From a virus, in the IMG/VR virus record IMGVR_UViG_3300000216_000003, positions 1 to 64,000 of that record: a stretch of 64,000 nt of DNA; one strand, 5' to 3'. A program made the translations under genes and the position numbers. Under the pieces are notes generated by a model. It was not told the DNA's origin. It saw nothing but the letters and a program-made list of their open reading frames with translations, and did no database searches. Below, piece by piece: positions 61,882-64,000 of the stretch; positions within the stretch are counted from its first letter, which is position 1; every line of letters begins with the position of its first letter.

Positions 61882-64000
61882 TAAACAAGATCTACCTGAA
61901 ATTACATCATCAAAATTATATTTAGATAGTAAGAAGTCGCAAGTAGATCAAGCCGGTTTAATTTCTGAAATTGCCTTTGGACCGGTTAAATCTTATAAAT
62001 GCTCATGTGGTAATCTTAATTCCAAAGTTATTCATGAGAATCAAAGATGTATTAAGTGTAAAGTGGAATGTATTGATAATGCTTCTAGGTATACTAGATT
62101 TGCTAAAATCAGTTTACCATTTCCAATACTCAAAAAACTCGAAAGACAAAAACTACTCAAATTTGTAAAGCGGAAGAATGCACACATATTAGATCCGGTT
62201 CAGTCAGATCGACTAACAACTACATCATTTTATATTCAATATATTAAAGATACAGATAAACTGGAATTAGTTACTGATTATGATGCTGGAAACTGTATAC
62301 CATTAGTAATAACTGGCTTATTTACATTATATTTAGGATTGTATATTGCACAAGTATACTTTACTTCTAAATCAGCAGAAGAACTATTATCTAATTTCTT
62401 TTTTGATCTTTTAGTTGTCCCTCCAAATACACGTATGTCTATACTTGTAGAGAAGGATAGTAAGATGACTATGATCACTCATGAATTAGATAATATTTAT
62501 ATTAAAATTCTAAGACTAAAGCATTATTGCACTAAGTTTGATACATATCAACAGATTCGAGAATATACTGATATGATAATTCAATCATTAGATAATAAGA
62601 TTGGGATTCCAATTACTGATGATATTTTAATTACATTTGATCAATTAACAAGTAAAATTACTTATTATTGCGATGATGTATATTCTCATATTACAGGAAC
62701 TCTTAGTGGAAAGACTGGGTTGATTCGGGATCAATTTTTAGGTAGATCTATTGACTTTAGTAGCAGAGCAGTAATTGTACCAGATCCAACTTTAAAAGCT
62801 CATGAAATAATAATTCCTCGTAAGATATTCTTAAAACTATGGCTTATAGAATACTATAGATATTTAAGAACTATGCTTAAAGATGAATGGGCCACTCTTC
62901 AGACAGCGAAGATATTATCATCAGTTACGAAGACAGAAAATTCATATACGAATGAATTAGAATATGTTGATGAATTTATTGAATACTTTTTTAGAGAAAG
63001 TGACTATAGACAACGAATTGTACTCGTAAACAGACAACCGACATTGTGGCGATACGGTATGCCCGGAGTTATTGTATCTGGAATTACAGAAGAGAATGTA
63101 ATTAAAATTAGCCCTATTAGCACACAACCATTAAATGCTGACTTTGATGGTGATACATATGCTCTTTATCGGTTACATGATAGAGGAGCTATTCAAGAAA
63201 TATCGCAAAATGCTTACACTTTAAATAATATTCAATATGATCATAATACAGCATATCTTAATACTTTATCAATGGAATCTAAATATAGTTTTGTTCTTCT
63301 AACTTACTCCAAGATAAATAATGATTTAGAATATATCACTATAGATTCTTTAAAATCACTACCAATATATGAAGAACCAGAGTTAAATAAATTAGTACTA
63401 TTTAATAAGAAGAGATATTCATATGGAGTATGTCTATTAAATAAATGGTGTGGATTTGATAATATTATACTAACTAAAGAATCATCATCTGATGATCTTT
63501 CGAAAGAAATACATAAAGATAGTTTGTCTAATGAAGATTACTTTAATAGAATAAATAAAGTAAATCAATTGTTAAGTTGGTTGGTATCTACTCATTCAAA
63601 GGAAACATTAACTTTACCTTTTAACGAAGCAATTACTATTGTACATAGTGCACGTGAGAATCATCTTCTCCAACATCTACCATCTAATCCACATATAGGG
63701 CATCAAGTACATCAAACTTTTGTAAATGATGCATATAAAAATATTCCGGAAGAGTTTAAACTTGCCAAATTAGCCAAGTCTAAATATAATAAAGTACAAT
63801 TTTCAAGATCTCTTGTATCTATTGGATATATTGCAGATGATAGAAATATCATCTCACCAGAACCAGTAACGACTGCTCTACTTAGTGGATTAACTGAAGA
63901 AGAATTTTTCAGAACATCATATGGAAGTCGTAAAGGTATTGTTGACAAGCATGATGCAACACCCCGGTCTGGATACTTGGAAAGATCATTAGTATTAAAC
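61874..64000 (+). CDS. rpoC: Phage DNA-directed RNA polymerase beta-prime subunit (truncated by the window end)
   Basis: Not in the ORF track. Manual: GLISEIAFGPVKSYKCSCG..RCIKC (Zn finger), LSGKTGLIRDQFLGRSIDFSSRAVI, VNRQPTLW, NADFDGD (63134-63154), bridge helix GLTEEEFF..GSRKGIVD..SGYLERSLV; these motifs are in one frame reaching position 64000. Confidence 0.93.
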   Translation, partial: MINKQDLPEITSSKLYLDSKKSQVDQAGLISEIAFGPVKSYKCSCGNLNSKVIHENQRCIKCKVECIDNASRYTRFAKISLPFPILKKLERQKLLKFVKRKNAHILDPVQSDRLTTTSFYIQYIKDTDKLELVTDYDAGNCIPLVITGLFTLYLGLYIAQVYFTSKSAEELLSNFFFDLLVVPPNTRMSILVEKDSKMTMITHELDNIYIKILRLKHYCTKFDTYQQIREYTDMIIQSLDNKIGIPITDDILITFDQLTSKITYYCDDVYSHITGTLSGKTGLIRDQFLGRSIDFSSRAVIVPDPTLKAHEIIIPRKIFLKLWLIEYYRYLRTMLKDEWATLQTAKILSSVTKTENSYTNELEYVDEFIEYFFRESDYRQRIVLVNRQPTLWRYGMPGVIVSGITEENVIKISPISTQPLNADFDGDTYALYRLHDRGAIQEISQNAYTLNNIQYDHNTAYLNTLSMESKYSFVLLTYSKINNDLEYITIDSLKSLPIYEEPELNKLVLFNKKRYSYGVCLLNKWCGFDNIILTKESSSDDLSKEIHKDSLSNEDYFNRINKVNQLLSWLVSTHSKETLTLPFNEAITIVHSARENHLLQHLPSNPHIGHQVHQTFVNDAYKNIPEEFKLAKLAKSKYNKVQFSRSLVSIGYIADDRNIISPEPVTTALLSGLTEEEFFRTSYGSRKGIVDKHDATPRSGYLERSLVLN

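Noticed and set aside
1-64000. Stop-codon reassignment (alternative genetic code)
   Set aside because: Long conserved genes are intact in the standard code, and TAA, TAG and TGA all end genes at coupled stop/start junctions.
1-64000. tRNA, tmRNA or rRNA genes
   Set aside because: No cloverleaf with a T-loop GTTCRA plus acceptor stem was found in the intergenic regions by eye; a tRNAscan/Infernal run would be definitive.

Overview
This is an AT-rich, gene-dense segment of a large (jumbo-type) lytic bacteriophage read in the standard genetic code. Genes lie mostly on the minus strand up to about 55.8 kb, then switch to the plus strand. Recognisable genes: (1) a dispersed 7-deazaguanine pathway (PRTase-FolE fusion truncated at the left edge, QueE, a stand-alone class-II glutamine amidotransferase, QueC, and a Campylobacterota-type QueD); (2) replication genes (C-terminal half of a split PolB, a second minimal PolB-like protein, RNase HI, SF2 helicase, clamp loader, probable sliding clamp, primase, topoisomerase II B and A subunits, SSB with a DDIPF tail); (3) ThyX with an inserted Zn finger, a J-domain protein, a degenerate UDG-family protein, a deaminase and a radical SAM enzyme; (4) a phage multisubunit RNA polymerase beta-prime subunit (NADFDGD) missed by the ORF track and truncated at the right edge. 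The most striking unexplained signal: about 50 small proteins from several unrelated families end in the same register-locked C-terminal nonapeptide, hydrophobic-x-[KR]-x-hydrophobic-L-[EK]-x-[ST]-stop, with Leu at -4. About 10 more carry a variant (Y-x-K-L-x-W-S). The core enzymes lack it, which suggests a shared addressing or targeting tag. A promoter-like motif TATAGATATWAT, often preceded by GTTTTYA-N9, occurs 21 times between genes; several copies drive ORF-less hairpin RNAs or a micropeptide. No tRNA, rRNA, CRISPR array or transposon was found. All family assignments come from motif recognition by eye; no database searches were run.
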